Both the position numbers and the translations under genes were made by a program. This document shows, piece by piece, positions 11,761-24,430 of a DNA stretch of 64,000 nt. A model generated the notes under the pieces. That model made no database searches, was not told the DNA's origin, and saw nothing but the letters and a program-made list of their open reading frames with translations. Origin of the DNA: the human T2T-CHM13v2.0 reference genome, Homo sapiens; the NCBI RefSeq assembly GCF_009914755.1, contig NC_060930.1; one strand, 5' to 3'. How positions within the stretch are numbered: position 1 is the first letter of the stretch; each line of letters opens with the position of its first letter.

Positions 11761-14057
11761 TTGCTGGAGAGGTGCTATTTGCATATGTATGCATATATAT
11801 ATATGCATATGAGCACATATGAATGTACATGCTGCCTAGAGAACACACCCATAGAAGGGGGACTCTAGGAAGGCTCTGCCACTAGGAAATCTTAAGAAAC
11901 TATTTCAAGTCAACAGTTTTGATTTATCTTTAAAATGCCTGTCTCAATAGGCCGTTCAAATGCACAGATTTGTTTGTCTTGCTTTGCTTTGCCAGTTCTA
12001 TACAGATGGTGTACTATGCTACCACACTTTTTTGATCTCTTCAAGCCAGGGTTTATGCACTATAAGGATATGTATGTTTGCAAAAGCAAACATCAGTAAT
12101 CATACTGAGGCCACGCTCCTAAGAAACTCCAGGTTCTTCCCTTGGACAGAGAGGTGGGGTTCAGACAACAGACCAGTAAACACGGTAAAGTCAAATAAAT
12201 AACAGAGCGTTGTGTAAGCCTGCTGGTCCCTTTCTCTAGTGGTGGCAACCCTTTGAATTGCTGTCTCTTGTTGACAGTGCCTTTGTGTCCACTTGACTTT
12301 TACACGCCCAACTCCCTGTGTCAGGGAAGGGCACTCTAATCCCTCCTGCTGAGCTCAGGTCATTAAATACTCGCCCTACATTTTACAGCTTCGACCCTTT
12401 GACAGGGGAGCTGACCCCAGCTCAGTTCCAGGCACCCAACAAAATGGGGATTAATAAAACCAGCCCTAGTGTAGCCAAGGGCTCTACAGCTGCTTCTTGC
12501 AATTAGACTTGTCATCATTCTCTTAAGAAGCCCCTGTTGATTTTTAAATCCTAATTGGCAGGAGACACCTGTTTCCCAATGGGAAGGGGTCATTCATTTG
12601 CAGCAGGCACAGGACAGAGGCTGAAGAGCTGTATGAACGAGCACAAATAGATGCCTTTGCCTCAAATCTGTTTGCTGCCACTTAGAGTTTGTTGCTCTTG
12701 TTTTTCCTTTTCCTTCTTTTCTTTTTTTCCTCCAGAACGGCACATACAGAGTCAGGCTGGTCCTTGGGAATAAGTAAGCATTCAGCTCAGAATCTTTTTT
12801 CAAGCAAGAACTTTCCACTGGCCCCTCCTCAGAGGATCCTCCTTACTATCCGGCAAACCCCTCTAGGCATGAGGAGATTTCCTGCCTATTTTTTTTGCCA
12901 GAATCCTGGTTGTCATTCATTCCAGTATTTAGGTATTTATTAACTGCTTGCGAGCTACTTAGACTCTAACTTATTTGTGTCTATGAGGATTATTGAGTGT
13001 ATTTTTAGTTCCTGTCTTCACTGAGCTTGCATTCTAAATAGAGGGAGGCATTAGAACTGCATGTGGTAATACATGTGCAATATTCTTGTCCAACTACCAT
13101 ATTTGAGATAGTGCCTGTGTATAGAAAGAGAAGTAGTAAAGGTTCTGGGGATAGTTTCCTAGAGGTTTGAGCATTTTGATTTTCTCTAAAACTTATTCTC
13201 CCTAGGTTTTCTGCTTAGATCTAAGGTTTTAAGTTGTCTAAGCGGTATTAAGTTAGGCTCTTTAGCTGGGAGCCTCAGTAATGTCTGATAGAATTCATTG
13301 TGACCCTTTCCCTTAATTAATACCAATGAATTTTTTTTCAAATTAAGTTTCATTGTTATTTATAACTCTCTGAGCATTAAGGCAAATATATAGGATAATA
13401 AGAATAAAATAACTGCACAAGAATATGAGGAAACTGTGAATCAGCAAATATTGCAAAGCAATAGAATCACAGTTCTCATTTTTTATGCATCAAGCATTTA
13501 TTGAACACCTAGTATGTCAGGCTGTATTCTAGCCTTTGGACCTCTGTTGGGTCACTCCAGGTTTCAACTCAGCTAGTAAGGACTGTCCTCTTAACAGAAC
13601 TTTGCCAATAGCCAGTTAAGCCCGCTTGTCAACCTTGCCACGTCCTTGTGGGCTTCAGTGAAATTAGGCAATCAGGCAAGACCTATTCCAACAGAATACC
13701 AGTAGAATGTCCTTCAAATGCAATACAATAAGTTCAAATAATTTTCTCTGCCTTATTTTACTGACTATATGCCTTGTTTTACATCTAATTTTACAAGATT
13801 ATATGTCTTGTTTACTTACAATGGCACTGTCATTACCATTGCTGAAAAAAATAAAGGAAGTAAAAGACCTAATTATTGACCTTGAGAGGTTTGTGTCTCA
13901 GTGGGTGATATATACATAGTAAGAACAACCACCTCTGAGTGCCAGTTCTGCCCAAGGGTTTAATTGAAGGCATGGTTGGAGCTCATCATACTCCATGACA
14001 ACTATTCAGGGAATGACATTGTTATCAGTAGTGTGAAAGTCTCTTAAGAGCCTAAAT

Positions 14058-14318
14058 AAATGGTCCTCAAAAGGCAGTGTCCAAAAAGATTACCCAAGAA
14101 TCTCATTAAAATGCTGATGCCTGGGGCCCCAAACTGAGTGATTCTGTTCACTGAGAAGTGAGTGGTATGTGGTGGGGGTTAGGAATAAACCTTTAAGAAG
14201 CACTTCCAGTGATTTTGACACAGGTACTCTGCACTCTACACTTTAAGAAACTATGAGACCCTCCCCTAACTTTAGGGCCCTTAAGAAACTATGAGACCCG
14301 CCCATAACCTTAAGGCAC
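14058..14318. mobile_element. MER5-family MITE whose right terminus lies in a 38-bp tandem duplication (14243-14318)
   Basis: tggtcctcaaa...gattctg...cactttaagaaact; ttaagaaactatgagaccc(t/g)ccc(c/a)taac x2. Confidence 0.6.
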
Positions 14319-15698
14319 TTTGGATAAGGAAGATGACAAATGGAAGAATAAAATTACAGAGCCATTTCTGCCTCCTAGATCTTTCACTTAAGACCAAGTG
14401 GACTTCACTATTGGATGTTAAAGTACTCCTAAGGCTCATGAGTTCCTCCTTGTGGTCTCATCTCTGTAATTCCATCTGAAAAGTGGTTGGCCATATACCT
14501 GCCTTATTATATCTGGTCCGTTAAAAAAAACCACTGGAGGTCTTCAGCTATTGATATTGCCTTTGACTTCCATGGTCCTTTCCAAGGTAAGGCCCTGAGC
14601 TGAGAATGGTTCAGAGATCAGTTATCGCCATATAAGGAGGGAGACAGGCTAAAAGCTCCTTTTAAATGTTTGGAACAAAGTGTGAAGCTTTGCAGCCTCC
14701 GTGTGTTTATGATGTAAGCAACAGTGAGTAGCACAAAGAACTTAGAGGAGACTCGGTGATTCATTCAGGAAGAAATAGCTTGCACCTGTGAGAATGCTGA
14801 AGGCGCCACTTGGCATTATTGGGGTGCTGCCTCAGCTGGAAGGCAGGCTCTGCCCCCATACGAACCAACAGCTTGTAGCTCTTAAGTGGCCCTGGGCCTC
14901 TCTCACTGTTATGTTTTGCTTTTGGAATGAAAGCAAACTTGTGACTCACTTGAGAGCTGAGGGGAGGTATGTGCTTAGTAGCATTCAGTCTTGGCAGGAG
15001 GGCAGCCACCGCAGAGATGGGATGCAATCTAATAAGAACATGTGTTCTTACAGTATGCCTCATGGCCAGGCCACTTTATCTTCAGTAATCCCAATCTATG
15101 TCCCAGAATCACATTATTTGGCCATAGACCAGACCCCGTGTATTCTTGGCTTGAGGAATAATGAAACGTGATCTCAAGACAAGATAGGATCATGAGCTGA
15201 AGAGACACTGATGAATTTTTCTCCCCAGCAGCACAACATTAAATGTAACATTGCATCAGGAAAATGTATTTAACATGCCAGTAGGGAAGACCAAACATTG
15301 CCTTCTGTACATGAAATTCTGCCTCGATAGCTTATGTTTACTGACAGGAACAAATTGATGTTAGGGATAAAAGAACATCAGAAAACAAAAGCTTCAGTTG
15401 TAGGCGGAATAGCCCTAAGTGTATTGCTGTTATTACAGTAGTCATTCGTCTTGGAGAAGGCATTGGATGCTATTGTACATGTCATCCAAAGAGCCATTTA
15501 TCAAGAAAAGCTCTTAAGGGTACAATAATGTTAAAATTCAAAACTCTTTGTGTTTAGAGAATATGGTGAAAGGGACGAGGCAATGTCTGGAGCTCAGTAT
15601 GGTCTTTCTGGTCCTGCTTTGAGCAAGCCCAGTGCAGTGGGCCAGTCTCTGGGATCTAGGAAGGGTCACTCAGAGGGCAGCCTTCAAGAAGGCTCTGG

Positions 15699-16079
<381 letters not shown>

Positions 16080-16782
16080 CTAGTGGGGAAAAGAATCAGT
16101 TGCTTGGATGGAAAGCCTGACTCCTCACTTTCTTGCTGTAAAATCATGCATGTGTCACGTAATCTCTTAAGACAACGATAGTTCTTTTCCAAGTCCATCC
16201 TCCCATGGACTATGGTCAATATTTTGGCCTACACTGCAAGGAACCCTTTTCAAAATATAAACTATCCTTAAGTTCAGTGTTTGCACTGATATTTATATAT
16301 TAATAAATTGGGCAAGTAAAAGTCATGGCTGCACAGAATAGAAAATAGTACAGAGTGGCAGGGCATGGTGTGTGGGTGGGAAGAAATCTTGTTGACTTCA
16401 TGTGAATACAACTAGGAGGGTCCCAGCAGAGGCATTTTATTACCTTGATGGAATACAGTTTAAAAAATACCTCCAAAGTTAAATTTCAAAAAAGGAAAAA
16501 AGTGTATATTTTATTTTTAGGTTTTGGTTCTGTATCTACAGAGAATTAGTTTTCTTTTTTGAAATGGAAAACAGCAATGGAATTTATTTTTTTCACTAAA
16601 TGACCAGTAAACTGTGACAAATTTCATTTGCTCCGTGGTGAATAGAGTTCTAGAAAAGGTAGAAATAGTCGAACACTGCCACCTGCTGTCACTCTTCACA
16701 CATGTGCTGGTAGGACTTGGATTTTATTTGGCCTCTTTCACACAGGAAAAGATCTATGGTAGTGGCTCTCAATGTTCTTGCG

Positions 16783-17851
16783 TTTTTTGTTTTTTTTTTT
16801 TAATTTTACTGTAAGTTCTGGGATACATGTGTAGAACGTGCAAGTTTGTTACATAGGTATACATGTGCCATAGTGGTTTGCTGCACCTATCAACCTGTCA
16901 TCTAGGTTTTAAGTCCCACATGCATTAGGTATTTGTCCTAATGCTCTCCCTCCCCTTGCTCCCACCCGCTGAAAGGCCCTGGTGTGTGATGTTCCCCTCC
17001 CTGTGTCCATGTGTTCTCATTGTTCAACTCCCACTTATGAGTGAGAACATGTGGTATTTGGTTTACTGTTCCTGTGTTAGTTTGCTGAGAATGGTGGCTT
17101 CCAGCTTCATCCATGTCCCTGCAAAGGACATGAACTCATTCTTTTCATGGCTGCATAGTATTCCATGGTGTATATTTGCCACATTTTCTTCATCCAGTCT
17201 ATCACTGATGGGCATTTGGGTTGGTTGCAAGTCTTTGCTAATGTAAATAGTGCTGCAATAAACATAAGTGTACATGTGTCTTTATAGTAGAATGATTTAT
17301 AATCCTTTGGGTATATACTCAGTAATGGGATTGCTGGGCCAAATGGTATTTCTGGTTCTACATCCTTGAGGAATCACTACACTGTCTTCCACAATGGTTG
17401 AACTAATTTACACTCCCACCAACAGAGTAAAAATGTTCCTATTTCTCCACATCCTCTCCAGCATCTGTTGTTTCCCGGATTTTTATTGATCGTCATTCTA
17501 ACTGGCGTGAGATGGTATCTCATTGTGGTTTTGATTTGCATTTCTCTAATGACCAGTGATGATGAGCTTTTTTCATGTTTGTTGACCACATAAATGTCTT
17601 CTTTTGAGAAGTGTCTGTTCATATCCTTTGCCCAGTTTTTGATGGGGTTGTTTGCTTGTTTATTGTAAATTTGTTTAAGTTCTCTGTAGATTCTGGATAT
17701 TAGCCCTTTGTCAGATGGATAGATTGCAAAAATTTTCTCCCATTCTGTAGGTTGCCTGTTCACTCTGATGATAGTTTCTTTTGCTGTGCAGAAGCTCTTT
17801 AGTTTAACTAGATCCCATTTCTAAATTTTGGCTTTTGTTGCAATTGCTTTT
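16783..17851 (-). mobile_element. L1PA (PA7/PA8-like) 3' ~1.07 kb, 5'-truncated
   Basis: Reverse L1 3'UTR; ORF 17377..17763 is L1 ORF2 C-terminus ([11 protein letters not shown]...[28 protein letters not shown]). Confidence 0.95.
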
Positions 17852-17962
17852 TCAACTGGCTTCAGAATCAACTGGAGGGCTGTGAAAATACAGATTTCAG
17901 GGCTCCACCTTCAGGGCTTCTTACTTGATAGGTTTGAAAAGGGACTCCAAAACTTGTATTTC

Positions 17963-17975
17963 CTTTTTCCTTTTC

Positions 17976-18018
<43 letters not shown>

Positions 18019-18279
18019 GAGATGGAGTCTCATTCCAGCCCAGGCTGGAGTGCAGTGGTGCCATCTCAGCCCACTGCAGCCTCTGCCTCCCCTTGTTCAA
18101 GTGATTCTCGTGCCTCAGCCTCCCAGGTAGCTGGGATTACAGGCGCCTGACACCACACCCGGCTAATTTTTATATTTTTAGTAGAGACGGGTTGCACCAT
18201 GTTGGCCAGGCTGATCTCAAACTCCTGGCCTTAAGTGATCCACCTGCCTTGGCCTCTGAAAGTGCTGGGATTACAAGCG
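17963..18279 (-). mobile_element. AluS (slightly 5'-truncated) inserted in MER5A
   Basis: TSD AAACTTG(T/C)ATTTC at 17950-17962 and 18282-18294. Confidence 0.93.
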
Positions 18280-18960
18280 CTAAACTTGCATTTCTAACAA
18301 GTTCCCAGATACTCTTCCTGTTGCTGGTGCAGACACTGGTCTATATTTAAATGCCAGGGATGCCCTTGGTTGCTGGTGTATAGATCTCTTGACAAAAGAA
18401 TTCAGCATTTGTAGCTCTATGAAGATTTACATTTCATTGCTTATTCTAACTTATCCTGTACCTCACATAGGAACAGTAAGTCAGGTGTAAAAGCCAAATA
18501 CAAAAAGAATTGATCAGAAGTGCAATCAATCAGGCACTCGGGTTACTGTGCTTGAGGCTGAATAGTTATCACAGAGGAGCATGGGATGTATTAGGCTACA
18601 GGAGATTGTTTATATAAAGAAATAGTTTGGCCCGGAATGTGAAAGACCTGTCCATATATAAAAGAACTGCTTTCAAACAGAATGGATAGTACTAGTCTTT
18701 GAAGGTCTGGGCAGAGTCCCAATTTTCCTGCCTTTCTTTCATATGCCACATGTTAATTTGTCTTCAGGACTCATTGACTCTGAAAAGCAGATGGCCAGAA
18801 GTGTGAAATTTTGGTGGTATTAAGTCCTATCATTTTTGTCATCACCTGTGTTTTCAGTGAAACTGGAGTCTTCATTGATTAAATAACTCACAATCCAAAG
18901 CTGTACTTTTAAACTTTGGACATGTATAAGAAGAGATGAGATGTGCTTCAGCATCAAACT

Positions 18961-19329
18961 TTTTTATTGTAATAAGACACATATCATTAAATTCACCATT
19001 TTAACCATTTTTAAGTGTAAGTTCAGTGATGTTACATATATTCACATTATTGTGCAACGGGGCTCTAGAACTTTTTCATCGTGTGAAACAAATTCTACAC
19101 ACATGAAACACTAATGCCCCTCCCCATCCACCTAGCCTCTGGCAACTACATTTCTAATTTCTGTCTCTATGATTTTGACTACAGTGCTATAAATAGTTCA
19201 TATGAATGGAATCATACAGTAGTTGCCCTTCTGTGACTGGCTTATTCACTTAGCATAATGTCCTTGAGGTTCATCTATGTCGTAACGTGTGACATGATTT
19301 CCTTCTTTTTTAAGGCTGCATAATATTCC

Positions 19330-19370
<41 letters not shown>

Positions 19371-19806
19371 CACATTTTTATTATGCATTCATATATCAAT
19401 GGCTGCTTGGGTTGCTTGTACCTCATGGCTGTTGTGAATAATGCTGCAATAAACATGAGTGTGCAATAAACATGAGCGTGCAAATAGCTCTTTAAGATCA
19501 TGCTTTAAATTTGTTTGGATACATACCCATGAGGGTGATTGCTGGATCATATGGCAATTTAATTTTAAATTTAAATTTTTAAAATTAAATTTTAAAATTT
19601 AAATTTTAAGGAAGATTTATACTGCTTTCTATAGCAACGGCACCATTTTACATTCCCATGATGGTGCAACAAAAAGTTCCAATTTCTCCTCATCCTTGCC
19701 AGCATGCTATTTTCCTGTTCTTTTGATAGTGGCCATGCTAATGAGTGTGAGGTGATATCTCATAGTGGTTTTGATTTGCATTTCTCTAATAATTACTGAT
19801 GGTGAG
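18961..19806 (-). mobile_element. L1MB-like 3' end, left part (interrupted by HERV-L)
   Basis: Reverse L1MB 3'UTR (ttaaccatttttaagtgtaagttcagtg...); contains (TG)18 at 19332-19367; continues colinearly at 24967. Confidence 0.88.
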
Positions 19807-20017
19807 TGTATTAGGGTTCCCTAGAGGGACAGAAATAATAGGAGATATATATATATAAAGGGAAGTTTATTAAGTATTAACACATGATCACAAGGCCCCA
19901 CAATAGGCTGTCTGCAAGCTGAGGAGCAAGGAGAGCCAAACGGAGTCCCAAAACTGAAGAACGTGGAGTCCGATGTTTGAGGGCAGGAAGCATCCAGCAT
20001 GGGAGAAAGATGTAGGC
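19807..20017 (-). mobile_element. HERV-L 3' LTR remnant (MLT2A1-like, distal ~210 bp only)
   Basis: tgtattagggttccctagagggacagaa...gggcaggaagcatccagcatgggagaaagatgtaggc, homologous to part of the 5' LTR. Confidence 0.9.
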
Positions 20018-22540
20018 ATATTTGGCCATTTCTCCTTCTATGCAAAGTGCACTACCAGGTGCACTTCTTGAAGTTCTGCCCACTGGGAAGATTTCCCTTC
20101 ACTGCTGTCCTTCAGGGATGTCCTAGAAAGGGGCTGTATTGCTGCAGCTGTCCACTTTTGGGTGGTGCCTACATATTGTGCAGAACCATCTGTGAACCAG
20201 GCCCTACTCTTCTCTTCCTCTGTCAACTGATCATAGGGAACTCTCCATGAGGTCATCGGTGCAGGTTGGGGAAGAGAAGGCAGGGTGGAAGGAGTGGAGA
20301 CCATGAGCATTTGAGGCATTTCCTCGTGTAACTTACTTGTGCCTTCAGGACCTGCTCGAGCCGGATCGCCTATATACCACTTCCATTTGATGAAGGAATA
20401 CCGCTGTGCACAACCCACATAATGGCTAGACGGGTCAGAAAGCATCCAGCTTATGATAGGCAGTTCAGGTCACATGGTGACTTGATGACCCATAGTCAAA
20501 TGTTCCGTTTCCACCAAAGCCCTGGTAACAGACGAAGAGCTGTCTTTCAAAAGGAAAGTAGTTATCAGCAGAAGACGGCAGGGCCTTGGTCCAAAATCCT
20601 AGAGGCCTCCTCTGTAATTCACCTATGGGGACCTGCCAAAGGCTCCAAACAGCATTCCTATCTGCCACTGACACTTCAAGCACCATTGCATCTGCTAAGT
20701 CATATGGCCCAAGTGGCAGGGCAGCTTGCATAGCAGTCTGGACCTGTGGCAGAGCCTTCTCCTGTTCTGGACCCCACTCAAAACTAGCAGCCTTTCGGGT
20801 CACTCGATAAATGGGCTGAAGTTGCACACCCAAAATGAGGAATGTGTTGCCTCAAAAATCCAAATAGGCCCACTAGACATTGGGCCTCTTTCTTGGTTGT
20901 TCGAGGGGCCAAATGCAGCAACTTATCCTTCACCTTAGAAAGAATATCTTGACAGGCCCCACACCACTAGACCCCTAGAAGTTTTACTAAGGTAGAAGTT
21001 CCCTGAATTTTTAGTAGGATTTATTTCCCATCCTCTGACACACAAATGTCTCGCCGGTAAGTCCAGTGTGTTTGCTATTTCTGGCTCACTGGATCCAATC
21101 AGTCATCAATGTAATGGACCAGTGTGATATCTTCTGGAAGTGAAAGACAATCAAGGTCTCTCCAAATAGGATTATGACACAAAGCTGTAGAATTGATATA
21201 CCCCTGAGGTAGGACAGTAAAGGTATATTGTCGAGACCAGCTTGGTCGAGGGGACCCTAAGCCAGCGGCGCTAGAGGAATTAAAGACCCACACACAGAAA
21301 TATAGAGGTGTGAGGTGGGAAATCAGGGGTCTCACAGCCTTCAAAGCTGAGAGCCCCGAACAGAGATTTACTCACGTATTTATTAACAGCAAGCCAGTCA
21401 TTAGCATTGTTTCTACAGATATTAGATTAACTAAAAGTATCCCTTATGGGAAACAAAGGGATTGGCCGAAATAGAGGGATGGGTTGGGCTAGTTATCTGC
21501 AGCAGGAGCATGTCCTTAAGGCACAGATCACTCATGCTGTTGTTTGTGGTTTAAGAATGCCTTTAAGCGGTTTTCCTCCCTGGGCGGGCCAGGTGTTCCT
21601 TGCCCTCATTCCAGTAAACCCACAACATTCCAGCATGGGCATTATGGCCATCATGTCACAGTGCTGCAGAGATTTTGTTTATGGCCAGTTTTGGGGCCAG
21701 TTCATGGCCAGATTTTGGGGGGCCTGTTCCCAACAGTATATTGCTGGCCTTGCCAGCTGAAGGCAAATTGCTTCTGGTGGGCCTTATGGTCAGAAATGGA
21801 GAAAATGCCATTTGCCAAATCAATGGCTGCATACCAGGTAACAGGAGATGTGTTAATTTGCTCAAGCAATGAAACCACATCTGGTACAGCAGCTGCAACT
21901 GGAGTCACCACTTGGTTAAGCTTATAATAATCCACTGTCATTCTCCAAGATTGATCTGTCTTCTGCACAGGCCAAATGGGAGAGTTGAATGGAGATGTGG
22001 TGGGAATCACCACCTCTGCGTCTTTCAAGTCCTTGATGGTGGCACTGATCTCCACAGTCCCTCCAGGGATGTGATATTGTTTTTGATTTACTATTCTTCT
22101 AGGTACAGGCAGCTCTAATGGCTTCCATTTGGCCTTTCCCACCACAATAGCCCTCACCCTACCAGTCAGAGAGCCAATGTGGGGATTCTGCCAGCAGCTA
22201 AGTATGTCTATGCCAATCATGCATTCTGGCCCTAGGGAAATGACCACAGGATGAGTCCAGGGACCCACTGAAGCCATTGTAAGTCAGACTTGAGATAAAA
22301 CTCCATTAATTACCTGTCCTCTATAAGCCTCTACTTTAACTGGATACCATAATGATGTTTTGGGTCCCCTGGAATCAATGTTAGCTCAGTGCCAGTGTCC
22401 AGTAGTCCCCAAAATGTTTGATCATTTCCCTTTTCCCAGTGCACAGATGCCCTGGGAAAGAGCCAAAGGTCTCCTTGGGAATGGATGGGAGAAAGATTCA
22501 CTGCATAAATTGTCAGTAATATAGTGGGTTCCTTCTTCAA
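20018..22540 (-). pseudogene. HERV-L pro-pol relic (protease, RT, RNase H), frameshifted and split by MER9
   Basis: LLDTGTELTLIPG (protease); [38 protein letters not shown] (RT); WFTDGS..SSQWAEL (RNase H) in separate frames. Confidence 0.93.
21229..21735 (-). mobile_element. MER9 solo LTR (HERV-K9/HML-3)
   Basis: Minus strand starts TGTTGGGAACAGGCCCCCCAAAATCTGGCCAT; perfect 6-bp TSD GTATAT at 21223-21228 and 21736-21741. Confidence 0.92.
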
Positions 22541-22559
22541 GGGGACTCAGCCTCCCCTT

Positions 22560-24285
22560 CATTCAAGGGGCTCTGGGTCTGTAAACTGGCTCAAGTCTGG
22601 AAATTGATTAAGGGGCCATGATGACCTGTTTTTATAATTCAAATTAGTCTTTTGTCTATGCGACCTAGAAGTTTTCTGCTTATATAAATTAAGTAGGAAT
22701 GCAGTAAACTTCCTATTAATTTCACTTATAGTAACACCATGATTAATTTGTCAATGCCAGAGCTCTACACGAGTCAGATTATTCTGATTGCTGCTTTGCC
22801 TCTGCAGTCCATGATGGTAGCTATGCCCACCTTGCCTTTGATGGTTGAGTTCCACCAGTTGGCCCCTGCCACCTCATGATCCAATTATTCCTATTGTATT
22901 TAAATTTTGTAGTTGAGTGACTGTGGTTCTCACAGTTAGATCTGACATACAGAGCAGAGCACCCACAAAGCTCTTCAAAGATGCAGGCACTGCCCTCACA
23001 AATCTATTTCACAGGGCATTGGTCAAGAGTATATCTTCTGCACCCTCCCAGCTGGGATAAGTAGGTCTAAAGTGACTAATCCACTCCACCATCCCGATCT
23101 CCTTAAGTGTTTGGATCCCTTTCTCTACATTAAACCAAGGGAGATCAGGCATTTCCAGCTGGGTCACAGTGGGCCATCTTTTAATCCATATTGCAGCTAA
23201 CAAAGCAAATAAACTATTAGAACCTTTCTGTAACTCCCCAAGCTGCAACATTAAATGCAGAATCCATACTTATTGGGCCCAAATCAATAAATTCAGCCTG
23301 ATCCAACTCTTATGTTCCTTCTATCCTTATCCCACACCCTTAATATCCATTCCCATGCCTGTTCTCCAAATTTCTGCTCATATAAATTAGAAAACTCAAG
23401 CAATTCTTTTTGAGTGTAGCACACCTCCTCATGGGTCACACTTTGAACCTTACCTCTAGGGTCCCACCAGGACTTTAGTCTAGAAGGAAACAGGAGTGTT
23501 TGTGGTGGCTCCTGAGGAGAATCAACATCATCTTGCCTGACAACTGCCTCAGGGGAGGCCATCACTCTTGCCTCAAGCAGCACAGGGTTTATCTCCTTAG
23601 ACAAAGGTGGAAAGGCTGATGGCAGCATGGATCAGGGAGGGGATGTTGCCACTACTTGGGATAGGGAAGCTGTTTCTTCTGGCAAAAAAGGTTCATCAGA
23701 GTTTACAAACTCAGTGTCCCCAGCTTCATCAGGGTCCTCCCACACGTCCCTATTCCAAGTTACAGGGTCCCATTCCTTTCCAATCAGTGCCCTCACTTTA
23801 ACAGTGGACACCTGGCAAGGCTGTGCATGCATCTTTTGTTGCAGGTCAGCCACTCACATAAGAGTCTGTGTCTGTTTTTCCCCAATTTCAGCTCTTTCTC
23901 TACAGGAGCTAAGACTCTCACTTAGGGCAATCTTAGCAGATTTGAGGCTCAATATCTGCTTCTGAAGCAGAATCCCTGAGTTCATCATTTTCTTTCATCA
24001 CTTTGTCCACTGAACTTAGGAGCAACCAATCAACTTCATTATGTTCCTTGGTTCTCCACATATGGTCAAAGGTATTACGTATAGAGTCATTAAACTCCTT
24101 GCCTCTCATGAGTGGTGAATCAGGAGTATTAAATGCATTTACTTTGCATAACTGTCTAAACAGTTTCCGCCAAGCACTATCAGTGTTTTCATACTATTAG
24201 AAGTAGAGTCCTTAGCATTTTTTGGTCTAATCATATTAAGCAGCCAACTCCAGAAACCCCAAAACCAGTGAAATAACCCCATTCT
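22560..24285 (-). pseudogene. HERV-L gag relic
   Basis: KVRALIGKEWDPVTWNRDVWEDP, YTQKELLEFSNLY..QAWEWILRVWD, KRWPTVTQLEMPDLPW typical of ERV-L Gag; many stops and frameshifts. Confidence 0.88.
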
Positions 24286-24303
24286 TAATATTCTGTTCCT
24301 CTA

Positions 24304-24321
24304 GAAACACTCCTGATACCA
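24304..24321 (-). promoter_or_regulatory. HERV-L primer-binding site (tRNA-Leu-like)
   Basis: Minus strand TGGTATCAGGAGTGTTTC 3 nt downstream of the 5' LTR end. Confidence 0.7.
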
Positions 24322-24324
24322 AAA

Positions 24325-24385
24325 TGTATATTGGTCAGGGCGTCGGGGCTCTATAGAGGGACAGAACTAATTATATATATATGTG

Positions 24386-24430
<45 letters not shown>

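Larger units (their letters stand above)
16760..18340 (-). mobile_element. MER5A split into three pieces by an L1PA and an Alu
   Basis: tagtggctctcaa [L1] cttcagaatcaactggagggc...aaacttgtatttc [Alu] taacaagttcccagat...gctggt reassembles reverse MER5A. Confidence 0.75.

Noticed and set aside
14788-15171. 127-aa ORF in unique DNA (also 62998..63369 and 30795..31100)
   Set aside because: No recognisable domain, and lengths are compatible with chance ORFs; some have non-ATG starts.
21702-22277. 191-aa ORF, the longest in the window, as a functional reverse transcriptase
   Set aside because: It is an N-terminal RT fragment that runs into the MER9 LTR. The YIDD motif is in a separate ORF that stops immediately after it, and neighbouring domains are frameshifted.
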